A stretch of 19,152 nt of DNA from Coleofasciculus chthonoplastes F2-STO-03 (GCA_040222015.1 JAVJWO010000203.1:1-19152); one strand, 5' to 3'. Positions 1 to 8,534 are shown, counted from the first letter of the stretch. A program made the numbers and translations. Notes: generated from the sequence alone by a model not told the origin.

Positions 1-57
1 TGGACGGGTAAAATTCCAGCAGCTACATTGGTGTTGAACATTTTTGTATTGTTCCGG

Positions 58-172
58 CGCGGTGGGGCATCCCGTGCCGTTAATAAAGCTCAGTTAATGT
101 CCCGTCCCAATAGGTGGAGTCGCTGAGAAGCCCACATCATAGTCTTTTTGATTTGATGTGGGAGTATGTCAC
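58..172 (+). mobile_element. IS200/IS605-family (TnpB-type) right-end remnant / possible omegaRNA scaffold
   Basis: GAGAAGCCCACATCA-loop-TGATGTGGGAGTATGTCAC (9-bp hairpin 131-139/154-162, ending TCAC) resembles cyanobacterial tnpB right ends. Upstream GCGGTGGGGCATCCCGTG encodes AVGHPV, like a TnpB C-terminal tail; CTCAG/CTGAG stem at 89-93/123-127. No intact tnpB reading frame in 1-57. Confidence 0.65.
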
Positions 173-271
173 TTCCGGTAGTGGTTTGAGTTTAAACGTT
201 ATCGGTAAAACCCGCCCCTACACAGTCACACACCATGTCATCAAGGATCGCCTTGGATCACAATTTCCCCA

Positions 272-1051
272 ATGGTCAATATTCAGCAACTGAAACAATG
301 GAAACAACAAGGGCGTCCGTTGGTCGTCTTGACCGCTTGGGACTATGCGATCGCGCAATTATTAGAGGCGGCGGGAGTGGATATTATTCTGGTTGGGGAT
401 TCCTTGGGAATGGTCACATTGGGGTATGAGACGACATTACCCGTAACCTTGGACGAGATGCTGCACCATGCTAAAGCCGTGCGTCGGGGTGTCAAACAGG
501 CATTCGTGGTGTGCGATTTACCCTTTTTAAGTTATCAGGAAAGTTTACAACAAGCGATGCACTCGGCGGGTCGGGTATTGAAGGAAACTGGGGCGCAGGC
601 GGTGAAATTAGAAGGCGGACATCCAGCCATAGTCCAAACGGTAGCCCACTTAACGGCGGCGGGAATTCCGGTGATGGGTCATGTCGGGTTGACACCGCAG
701 TCGGTACATCTGCTGGGTTATCGTCAGCAAGGGAAAACAGAAGCAGCAGCGGAGCGGATTTTAGCCGAAGCGATCGCCCTTGAGCAAGCGGGTGTTTTTG
801 CCCTGGTTTTAGAGCATATTCCGGCAGATTTGGCTAGGAAGATTACACAAACCTTAACCATTCCCACGATTGGGATTGGTGCTGGAGTCGATTGCGATGG
901 ACAAGTATTAGTCACAGCCGATTTACTGGGACTTTCGGAACGTCAGCCACCCTTTGCCAAAGTCTATGCGAATTTGCGGCAAGTGATTACTCAGGCGGTG
1001 CAAGACTATAGTAATGATGTGCGAGAGCGACAGTTTCCGGAGGAGAAATAG
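272..1051 (+). CDS. panB: 3-methyl-2-oxobutanoate hydroxymethyltransferase (ketopantoate hydroxymethyltransferase)
   Basis: 259 aa; motifs [48 protein letters not shown]. Confidence 0.97.
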   Translation: MVNIQQLKQWKQQGRPLVVLTAWDYAIAQLLEAAGVDIILVGDSLGMVTLGYETTLPVTLDEMLHHAKAVRRGVKQAFVVCDLPFLSYQESLQQAMHSAGRVLKETGAQAVKLEGGHPAIVQTVAHLTAAGIPVMGHVGLTPQSVHLLGYRQQGKTEAAAERILAEAIALEQAGVFALVLEHIPADLARKITQTLTIPTIGIGAGVDCDGQVLVTADLLGLSERQPPFAKVYANLRQVITQAVQDYSNDVRERQFPEEK

Positions 1052-1085
1052 CTGACTTCTCCGGCGACTAAAGTACGCGGGATTC
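1052..1085 (-). mobile_element. IS200/IS605-family subterminal hairpin / end remnant
   Basis: Minus strand reads GAATCCCGCGTACTTTAGTCGCCGGAGAAGTCAG, the GAATCCC..hairpin..GGAGNNGTCA pattern typical of IS605/tnpB ends; abuts the panB stop codon. Confidence 0.55.
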
Positions 1086-1262
1086 TAATATGTTTTTGAA
1101 TCGCTCACCTGTTGCTGTTCTAACCAAGCCACTAAATCAGCAACTTATGGCGGCGGGGAGGGGTACATGTCCATTGGTGTCAACTTACCGAAAACACCGT
1201 AGGGGCAAGGATTCGCAACCAATTAACATCACCCAATTCTTAATTTTATCAGTTTGTCCCCC

Positions 1263-1342
1263 TGTAGGGGCGACCTAGACCGGGGCGAGTCGAGATAGGT
1301 TAATTCTCGCCTCGAACATTTGTGCAGCGACTCGCCCCTACA
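1263..1342. repeat. GTAG-type REP/REPIN-like inverted repeat (variant family)
   Basis: TGTAGGGGCGA (1263-1273) and GGGGCGAGTCG (1282-1292) are both complementary to CGACTCGCCCCTACA (1328-1342). Confidence 0.75.
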
Positions 1343-1451
1343 CAAAACTTTACAATGACGCGATCGCGAAACCCCCCGCGATTGCTCCGCCGGATGAAAC
1401 ATTCCTGGCAAGAGAGCGTATCGTTAAAGAGCAGGGTAGAATGAAACGATT

Positions 1452-3833
1452 ATGGCTTCTGTTCCCAATCCCTCCCTCGATGCTGGTTTAGCGGCTCTCA
1501 AACAGGGCAATTACGATGTGGCGATCGCACATCTGGAAGATGTCTGCGAATTTGAGTTAGATCAAGCCATTATCTCCCGCGCCAGTGTCGCCCTCGTCAA
1601 GGCTTATCGCCAAAGTGGTGATATCCAAAATGCGATCGCACTTTGCCAAACCCTCACCCAAGATCTCAATCCCAAGGTGCAACAATGGGCGACAAGCACC
1701 TTATCGGAACTCATGGCGGAATCCCCACCCTCAGCCAATCAGACGGGTTTTACGCCAGAAGAAGACACTTCAGCGAATCCGACGGGATTTGTTCCCCTCA
1801 ACTCACCCTCCTCCCCAACCAAACCGGGAACGATTAAACAGCGGTTAACCGATTCAGCCAAACGCCTATTTACAGGAGGTAAATCGCAACAACAGTCTCC
1901 GGGAAACCAACCCTCTCCTCAACCCTCATCCCAACTCCCCGTGGCGTTCACACCCCCTTCCGCGCCCTCTGTCTTTTCCCCCAGCCCTCGGTTTCGCAAC
2001 TTAGGGCGTGCAGAAAATTGGCGTCCGTTCAAACCCCCGAAATTAAGGCAATTGGCGCTAATTGTTGCAGGAAGTGCGATCGCGTTTGCTTGGTTGCTGC
2101 GTTTCTGGCTAAACTTTTTAATGGCAACCACCAACACTATCTTGGTGCAATTGCCGCTATTATCACCGATTCAATGGTTATACCGCGATCCCACTCAGGC
2201 TTTAGCTGTCTTGGCGATTGTGACACTAATCGTCTCTCCCTGGTTAATGGATTGGCTATTAAAGCAGGTGTATGGATTAGAACCACTCTCCGTCAGCCAA
2301 CTCGCGGCGCGATCCTCGGAATCAGCTAAAGTGATCCAACGGTTTTGTCGTCAACGCCGTTTACCGTTACCGACGTTGGGTATTTTACCCACAGAAGCGC
2401 CATTAGCGATAACGTATGGGAATTTGCCGCGCACGGCTCGAATTGTCGTCAGTGAGGGGTTATTGACACAACTGGCTGACGATGAAATCGCGACGATTTA
2501 TGCAGCTCAGTTGGGGCATATTGTTCACTGGGACTTTATCTTAAGTTCTCTAGGCACATTAATTCTCCAGTTTCCCTATCTCTTTTATCTATATGTAGCT
2601 CAAGGGGGAGAACAGTTAGCCGAGTGGATTCGGGGAAAATATCCCGCCACCCAACGAGTCTTACCGCCTCTGTGTTTAGGAATATCGAGTATTATTTCTA
2701 GCTTAGGTTACGCTACCTATTGGCTACTGCGCCTCCCCTTACTCTGGTTTTCCCGGATTAGAATTTACTATAGCGATCGCGTGGCGATAGAAACCACTGG
2801 AAATCCCAATGGGTTAACCCGGGCGTTATTGAAAATTGGCTTAGGGATGAGTGATGCAATCCACAAAGCCGGACAAACCCGCCCCTTATGGGACAGCTTT
2901 GATTTAGTATTACCTGTAGGATACCGACAAGGATTACTCCTAAGCAGTTGTTCGCCCCATGTCCCCTTTGAACGGGTTTTACAGTGGGAATGTACCAACC
3001 CTTACCGCCACTGGTTAATTATTACAGCCGCTCATCCACTTTTAGGCGATCGCTTGCATTTATGCGCTCGTTATGCTCTTCATTGGAAACTAGGTACAGA
3101 ATTAGATTTACCCATACCACCACCACCCATACGGGATAATAAAACACGCTGGTTAAAACTCATCGCCAGTTATGAAGCCTTTCCCTTATTTCAAAGTGTC
3201 CTATTAACTGGATTTGTTGTCGGTGTTTTACTGCGAATTGGGTTCTGGTTACTCGGTATCATTAGTGATTGGTTATCTCGCTGGTGGATAACTGGATTCT
3301 GGCGGCTAATCTGGTTACACAACGCTGGATCATTTCTGGATGCTTGTATCCTAATTGCATTTAGTCTAAGTATTATTTTCTGGATTAACCGTTACTTTCC
3401 CGATATCAAACCAGCGGCGATTCGTCACCAACCCAGCTTAGAACAAATGCTCGCTGATCCGAATGCGTTACCCTCTACCCATCAACCCGTGGAATTTACA
3501 GGTAAACTTTTAGGGCGACGGGGATTGCAGAATTGGTTAGGGGTAGATTTAATTATCGAAACCGATAGTGGTTTAGTTAAACTGCATTACTTTTCAATTT
3601 TAGGTCCTCTGGGTAACTTACTCCCCCTGGGAACCCGCCCTAGTGAGTTAGTGGGTGAATCAGTGATAGTAATGGGTTGGTTTCGGCGGGGGGTAACGCC
3701 GTGGATTGATGTGGAGACATTGAGTACATCCGATGGGAAAGTCAGTCGCGCCGATTATCCCTTATGGTTAGTCATCCTGGCTGTAGTCGCCGCGATATGG
3801 TCATCTTATTTAATTTGGACGTTACCTGCATAG
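1452..3833 (+). CDS. M48 (HtpX/Ste24-like) membrane metalloprotease homologue with N-terminal TPR-like repeat; zinc motif degenerate
   Basis: 793 aa: helical TPR-like N-terminus, Pro/Ser-rich linker, several TM segments. M48 context PLAITYG..ARIVVSEGLL..L.DDEIATIYAAQLGHI, later TGNPNGLTRALLKI and HPLLGDRL. Confidence 0.8.
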   Translation: MASVPNPSLDAGLAALKQGNYDVAIAHLEDVCEFELDQAIISRASVALVKAYRQSGDIQNAIALCQTLTQDLNPKVQQWATSTLSELMAESPPSANQTGFTPEEDTSANPTGFVPLNSPSSPTKPGTIKQRLTDSAKRLFTGGKSQQQSPGNQPSPQPSSQLPVAFTPPSAPSVFSPSPRFRNLGRAENWRPFKPPKLRQLALIVAGSAIAFAWLLRFWLNFLMATTNTILVQLPLLSPIQWLYRDPTQALAVLAIVTLIVSPWLMDWLLKQVYGLEPLSVSQLAARSSESAKVIQRFCRQRRLPLPTLGILPTEAPLAITYGNLPRTARIVVSEGLLTQLADDEIATIYAAQLGHIVHWDFILSSLGTLILQFPYLFYLYVAQGGEQLAEWIRGKYPATQRVLPPLCLGISSIISSLGYATYWLLRLPLLWFSRIRIYYSDRVAIETTGNPNGLTRALLKIGLGMSDAIHKAGQTRPLWDSFDLVLPVGYRQGLLLSSCSPHVPFERVLQWECTNPYRHWLIITAAHPLLGDRLHLCARYALHWKLGTELDLPIPPPPIRDNKTRWLKLIASYEAFPLFQSVLLTGFVVGVLLRIGFWLLGIISDWLSRWWITGFWRLIWLHNAGSFLDACILIAFSLSIIFWINRYFPDIKPAAIRHQPSLEQMLADPNALPSTHQPVEFTGKLLGRRGLQNWLGVDLIIETDSGLVKLHYFSILGPLGNLLPLGTRPSELVGESVIVMGWFRRGVTPWIDVETLSTSDGKVSRADYPLWLVILAVVAAIWSSYLIWTLPA

Positions 3834-3836
3834 ATG

Positions 3837-4155
3837 TTTGTCACCCCCTTTTACCACGGCGATTAAAATCGGAAGTAGGGGCTGGTTTAACTACTAACAT
3901 TTGTTGTTATCCTGATGTCACTAAACCCGCCCTTTTGGTAGGGGTGAGCCTTTGTAACCCTCATTTACCACGGCGATTAAAATCGCTGCTACACAAACAA
4001 AGTCCGCCTACGCGGACTGGGTTATAACAGGGGTGACTAACACTGATTTGGTGTAACATTTTTTGTCACATTAATGTCACTAAATCCACCCTTTTGTAGG
4101 GGCTGGTTTAACTCCTAACATTTGTTGTTATCCTGATGTCACTAAACCCGCCCCG
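3837..4155. repeat. Mosaic cluster of REP-like repeats (two families)
   Basis: 58-bp direct repeat GTAGGGGCTGGTTTA..AAACCCGCCC at 3875-3932 and 4096-4153 (1 mismatch), with a degenerate copy at ~4028-4091. 35-bp repeat TTTGT..TTTACCACGGCGATTAAAATCG at 3837-3871 and 3951-3985. Hairpin AGTCCGC-CTAC-GCGGACT at 4001-4018. Confidence 0.85.
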
Positions 4156-4240
4156 ACTAAGTGCCATGCCTTCTTTACGAAGTGAAGGGTGAAAACTTAC
4201 CTCCCTTCATGACACCACATACCGTGACAAGTCACAATAA

Positions 4241-4816
4241 TTACGGTGCCATAACATTATCGGGAAACTGTCCCATCACATTACCTGCAGGCGCATATTG
4301 GCAAACCACATAGAAGGCATTATACTGAGTCCCTTGAATCGTTTGAACCCCCCGTGCTTCACCACATCCTAACTGGGTGCTATTCTTCCAAACCACCTGG
4401 GTAAAATGCCCTGTTTCTGAAGAAAACCCAGGATTGGCATAGTCATAATCTGAAACCTCGTTGTACCAGCTCGTAACCGCTTGGTTCGCCAGGTTAGCGG
4501 CGTCTACAGAGGATGCTGTCGTGTAGGACACATATATGTTTTCTCCCACATCCGACGAGTTACTGTGTTCAAACACGCCATTCGTTGCCAGATAATCTGC
4601 CCAATTTTGAGCGCTGTCATTGAGGGAATCACTCAGGGTCATATCAGAACTATGATGGGTGTCCCGATAGGTATTGTGCTGAGACAGGGCTGTGCTGCGA
4701 AATGTACTTAGGTTTATCCCTGTCTGCCCATTAACTGGGTTACTGCTGATTATCCCCAAGGGAATCATCGTTGCCAAGCCGAGATAAACAATCCCAAAAA
4801 ATTGCTTCCGATTCAT
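4241..4816 (-). CDS. Secreted CAP (SCP/PR-1/GAPR-1-like) domain protein
   Basis: 191 aa; N-terminal signal peptide; HNTYR, FEHS, GENI, SWYNE, GHFTQVVWK, LGCG, VVCQYAPAGN. Confidence 0.92.
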   Translation of the reverse strand: MNRKQFFGIVYLGLATMIPLGIISSNPVNGQTGINLSTFRSTALSQHNTYRDTHHSSDMTLSDSLNDSAQNWADYLATNGVFEHSNSSDVGENIYVSYTTASSVDAANLANQAVTSWYNEVSDYDYANPGFSSETGHFTQVVWKNSTQLGCGEARGVQTIQGTQYNAFYVVCQYAPAGNVMGQFPDNVMAP

Positions 4817-4822
4817 GGGTTA

Positions 4823-4854
4823 CTCCTAACCATAGATGCTCCTAACCATAGATG
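4823..4854. repeat. Perfect 16-bp tandem duplication containing the CAP-gene Shine-Dalgarno
   Basis: CTCCTAACCATAGATG x2; minus strand gives AGGAG 6 nt before the ATG at 4816. Confidence 0.85.
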
Positions 4855-4872
4855 GAAAAAAGCTGTATATTC

Positions 4873-6000
4873 TTATACTAATTCAAACCGCCCCGAAAAA
4901 TAACCTTTGACAATTTCCCAAATCCGTGCTGCGGCGTAACCATCCCCAAACGGATTAACGGCGGTAGCCATAACTTGATACGCCTTAGCATCTCCGAGTA
5001 ATTCACTAGCTGCGGCGACAATTTGACTCGGATTGGTTCCCACCAATTTCGCTGTCCCCGCTTCAATCGCTTCTGGGCGTTCCGTAGTTTCCCGCAACAC
5101 TAACACCGGTTTCCCTAAACTCGGCGCTTCCTCCTGCAATCCCCCCGAATCCGTCAGCAACAGATAACACCGTGCGATCGCGCCCACTAATTCGCCATAA
5201 TCTAAGGGTTCGGTCAAAAAGACTCGCGGATGATTACCCAACACTTGTTTCAGAGGTTCTCTAACCGTAGGATTTCGGTGTAGCGGTAACAGTAACGCCG
5301 TATCCGTAAACTTATCCAACAGTTGGATAAAGGCTTGGGCAATATCTGCTAACGGTTTACCCCAATTTTCTCGGCGGTGAACCGTGGCTAACAAAACGCG
5401 ATACTTGTCCCACTCTAACCCCGGCACCAGACATTGAGGTTCCTGCTTAGCTACCGTCAGTAAAGCATCAATCACTGTATTCCCCGTCTGGTGAATCTCG
5501 CCCACAATCCCTGACGTTTTCAGATTCTCTACCGCCTTAGCTGTCGGCGCAAAATTAAGTTGGGCTAACTGAGAAATCAACCGCCGATTCGCTTCTTCGG
5601 GATAAGGATTAAACAAATCATCGGTTCGTAACCCTGCTTCCACATGACCCACAGGGATTTTTTGATAAAATGCCGCTAAAGTCGCCGCGAATGCGGTTGT
5701 TGTATCCCCTTGTACAATCACCAACTGTGGGTTAATATCGGCAAATAACTCCTCCAATCCCCGCAAACTTCGACAGGTAATATCGGTCAGCGTTTGCTTG
5801 GCTTGCATAATTTCTAAATCGCGATCAGCTTTTAGTTGAAATAGCCGCATTACCTGATCCACCATTTCCCGATGCTGACCCGTTAAAATGACCTGAGTCT
5901 TAAACAGATCACAGGCTTGAAATTGTTGGATCACAGGTGCAAGTTTAATCGCCTCTGGGCGAGTACCTAACGTAATACAGATTGTTGGTTTATACGTCAT
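4873..6000 (-). CDS. wecB: UDP-N-acetylglucosamine 2-epimerase (non-hydrolysing)
   Basis: 375 aa; GTRPEAIKLAP, TGQH, VQGDT, HVEAGLR, PEEANR, TVHRREN, TDSGGLQEEAP, TERPE, NPFGDG. Confidence 0.96.
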   Translation of the reverse strand: MTYKPTICITLGTRPEAIKLAPVIQQFQACDLFKTQVILTGQHREMVDQVMRLFQLKADRDLEIMQAKQTLTDITCRSLRGLEELFADINPQLVIVQGDTTTAFAATLAAFYQKIPVGHVEAGLRTDDLFNPYPEEANRRLISQLAQLNFAPTAKAVENLKTSGIVGEIHQTGNTVIDALLTVAKQEPQCLVPGLEWDKYRVLLATVHRRENWGKPLADIAQAFIQLLDKFTDTALLLPLHRNPTVREPLKQVLGNHPRVFLTEPLDYGELVGAIARCYLLLTDSGGLQEEAPSLGKPVLVLRETTERPEAIEAGTAKLVGTNPSQIVAAASELLGDAKAYQVMATAVNPFGDGYAAARIWEIVKGYFSGRFELV

Positions 6001-6022
6001 AATTCATAAATAAATCATACGT

Positions 6023-6270
6023 CAATTGTAGGGACAGGTTTAGTCACAATTGTAGGGGCGGGTTTAGTCACAATTGTAGGGGCGGGTTTAGTCACAATTG
6101 TAGGGGCGGGTTTAGGAACTCGATTAGATTGTTACCGATAACGTTTGAACAAAACCCGCCCGCCCTCACCGATAACGTTTGAACAAAACCCGCCCTGATT
6201 ATCGCCAATAACGTATCAGCAAAACCCGCCCGCCCTCACCGATAACGTTTGAACAAAACCCGCCCTGATT
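6023..6270. repeat. Amplified REPIN-like element: 4 tandem 24-bp left arms followed by 4 right arms
   Basis: CAATTGTAGGGGCGGGTTTA(GTCA) at 6023 (degenerate), 6047, 6071, 6095; (A)CCGATAACGTTTGAACAAAACCCGCCC at 6134, 6168, 6205 (variant), 6238. Confidence 0.9.
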
Positions 6271-6331
6271 CTTAGATAATTTATGTTTGGTCATGAGAAA
6301 ACTATTCCATAATTTATGATTCCTGTTGATT

Positions 6332-7261
6332 ATGCCATTGAATGACTCAACCCAGCTACTATTAAATCAAATTAAACAATTAGGACTACCTTCTCTCAAT
6401 GAACTTGATCCTATCCAGGCGAGAGAACAAGCCACGCAAGCGAATCAATTGTCCCATAAACCTGAACCTGTCGCCTTGGTGGAGAATCGTCTCATTCCGG
6501 GTTCTCAAATCGATATTCCGATCCGAATTTATACACCAGCCGGAAACCCACCCTTTCCGATTCTGGTATTTTTCCACGGTGGCGGTTGGGTGATTGGAAA
6601 CTTAGAGGCGGTGGATAGTATCTGTCGCACGCTAACGAATCAAGCGGGGTGTATTGTTGTTTCCGTGGATTACCGTCTCGCACCCGAACATAAATTTCCC
6701 GCCGCCGTAGAGGATGCGTATACCGCCACAGAATGGGTGGCTAAAAATGCGGCGTCGTTTCAGGGTGATCCGAAACGCATTGCTGTGGGTGGAGATAGCG
6801 CTGGAGGAAACTTAGCCGCCGTTGTCGCCTTACTGTCACGCGATCGCAAGTTTCCCTCCCTAAGGTATCAAGTGCTATTCTATCCCGCGACTCAGTATGG
6901 CTTTGACACCGACTCCCATCGGCAAAATGGCAAAGATTACCTGTTAACCACAGAATTATTAGTGTGGTTTTGGCATCACTATCTCTCATCAGCCGCCGAC
7001 GGACAAAATCCCCAAGCTTCACCGTTACTGGCGGACGATTTGAGTAATTTACCCCCAGCTTTGATTATCACCGCTGAATATGATCCCCTGCGAGATGAAG
7101 GAGAAGCGTATGGGATGCGCTTGCAAAAAGCCGGAGTATCGGTGAAAATGACTCGCTATGATGGTACGATTCACGGCTTTGTTGGCATGGCACAGGTTCT
7201 AGATCAAGGTCGAGAAGCCCTAGCTGAAGCCGCCGTCGCCCTCCAGTCTCAGTTCAATTAA
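6332..7261 (+). CDS. HSL-family (family IV) alpha/beta-hydrolase esterase/lipase
   Basis: HGGGW oxyanion motif, VDYRLAPEH, GDSAGG nucleophile, DPLRDEG, HGF; ATG at 6332 preferred over TTG at 6326. Confidence 0.93.
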   Translation: MPLNDSTQLLLNQIKQLGLPSLNELDPIQAREQATQANQLSHKPEPVALVENRLIPGSQIDIPIRIYTPAGNPPFPILVFFHGGGWVIGNLEAVDSICRTLTNQAGCIVVSVDYRLAPEHKFPAAVEDAYTATEWVAKNAASFQGDPKRIAVGGDSAGGNLAAVVALLSRDRKFPSLRYQVLFYPATQYGFDTDSHRQNGKDYLLTTELLVWFWHHYLSSAADGQNPQASPLLADDLSNLPPALIITAEYDPLRDEGEAYGMRLQKAGVSVKMTRYDGTIHGFVGMAQVLDQGREALAEAAVALQSQFN

Positions 7262-7412
7262 AATCCTGGAATCTGACTGTGTAGTAAGCCCCAGGACAAT
7301 GGGTATAAACTAAACTATATTAAGTTATGTAAAAAGTTCTCAAACCCTTACATAAGACATAAGACGATCCCTACCGTTAACTTTAATTGTCCCCACCGAC
7401 TTACTTTTTTTG

Positions 7413-8129
7413 ATGAAAATAGCATCATTCGTGTCTCCCGCGATCGCAGCCAGTGTGATCCTGTTCCTCAACCCCGGATATGCAGCCATACTCAACACAT
7501 CGGTTCGCTTAGCCGGATTCTCCCCGGATAATCGTCATTATATTCATCTAGAAAGTTACCGGGATTCAGTCACAGAAGTTCCCACGGCTCATCTGCAAAT
7601 TATCAATATTCCCAATAATTCCTGTGTCAGAAATGGATGTCTGCGAACCAACTATGATCGCGATGCCTATAGTCTTAGCAATCAAGCGGCTGAAAACGAC
7701 TTGCTGCAAGACACAGTAACCCTCCGACAAGATTTGGGACTGAATCGGCTCAAAGTTGGCATTAAACTCCCTGTCATCAATAGCACCCGTCAGCCAGATG
7801 ACAGCGAAACTATTACATTTCGCTTAAACAACCAACCGTTACAACTGCGCCTAGAACAAAGGCGTATCCCCTCCGTTTTATCGGGAGGCACGTCTCCCGT
7901 CGAACGGGCGTCCATGCGCTTAATCATAAACTATCAGAATCAGCGCTTAACTCTGGGTAGTCTGAACAACTACCGGGATGCCGTGAAAGGCTATCGGATA
8001 CGAGAGGTGCGGCTATCTCCTAACCGTAGTAATATCGTAGTTCTGCTAGATATGCTGCAACCGACTCATGAGGATGTCGTCAAAACCACGTTAGTGCAAA
8101 GCTTTTCTTTGCAGCCGTTTGAGAATTAG
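7413..8129 (+). CDS. Predicted secreted protein, DUF2259-like
   Basis: Signal peptide followed by GFSPDNRHYIHLES, resembling the DUF2259 N-terminal motif; family call from recall only. Confidence 0.6.
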   Translation: MKIASFVSPAIAASVILFLNPGYAAILNTSVRLAGFSPDNRHYIHLESYRDSVTEVPTAHLQIINIPNNSCVRNGCLRTNYDRDAYSLSNQAAENDLLQDTVTLRQDLGLNRLKVGIKLPVINSTRQPDDSETITFRLNNQPLQLRLEQRRIPSVLSGGTSPVERASMRLIINYQNQRLTLGSLNNYRDAVKGYRIREVRLSPNRSNIVVLLDMLQPTHEDVVKTTLVQSFSLQPFEN

Positions 8130-8133
8130 TCAT

Positions 8134-8171
8134 ATTGGTGAATCCAGACGAGAGTCGCTACTCTCACCAAT
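8134..8171 (+). terminator. Hairpin just after the stop codon, possible terminator
   Basis: ATTGGTGA...TCACCAAT 8-bp inverted repeat followed by TT; long loop and weak U-tract. Confidence 0.35.
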
Positions 8172-8232
8172 TTAAAGTTATGTGTCTCTAAGTTAGGAAA
8201 AGAAAAGAAACATTAAAAAACATTGCAAAGGG

Positions 8233-8260
8233 TTGTACTTTTCTGAGAGAGTAGTAAATT
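8233..8260 (+). promoter_or_regulatory. Putative sigma70-type promoter with A-rich upstream element
   Basis: TTGTAC-16 nt-TAAATT, preceded by A-tracts at ~8198-8220 and placed 5 nt before the first hairpin of the structured region. Confidence 0.4.
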
Positions 8261-8264
8261 AGTA

Positions 8265-8530
8265 ATTGAAGCGAAAGATAAACCTTCAATGACAGATATT
8301 AATGTCACTTAAAACTCCAGAAAGGAGGGAAAGCTAAGACTCTGTTAAATCTAATATCTGTCTTATCCGAGACCAAACTTCTAACAGCAACACTCAACGC
8401 GAAGACTGATACATCCTCCAACTAGAAATGTAGGGAGCAATGCATCTGAATTCCCGAATTTAGAGCAACTCTATTTAGCATTAATCATGGAGAGGAAGTC
8501 ACTCAGAGAGCAGGTTGAGTGTTGTTGTTA
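8265..8530 (+). ncRNA. Candidate structured non-coding RNA, family unknown
   Basis: Three consecutive stems: 8265-8271/8284-8290 (7 bp), 8291-8301/8352-8362 (11 bp perfect), 8382-8398/8514-8530 (17 bp, one G-U), with nested inner helices; no convincing ORF. Confidence 0.55.
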
Positions 8531-8534
8531 TGTA

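Noticed and set aside
58..1085. Composite transposon carrying panB
   Set aside because: The two IS605-like ends are dissimilar and on opposite strands; HUH single-strand transposition needs a left and a right end on the same strand.
3837..4155. Mini CRISPR array, or ORF 3764..4027
   Set aside because: Irregular spacing, and the intervening DNA is itself repeat; the ORF is translated repeat overlapping the M48 gene end.
6023..6270. CRISPR array
   Set aside because: Units are head-to-tail or separated by 6-9-nt recurring linkers; no unique spacers, no cas genes; arms match dispersed REP-like elements.
8298..8309. 12-nt match ATTAATGTCACT with 4070-4081, as a guide-target pair
   Set aside because: AT-rich 12-mer matches are expected by chance in 19 kb; no second paired segment seen.
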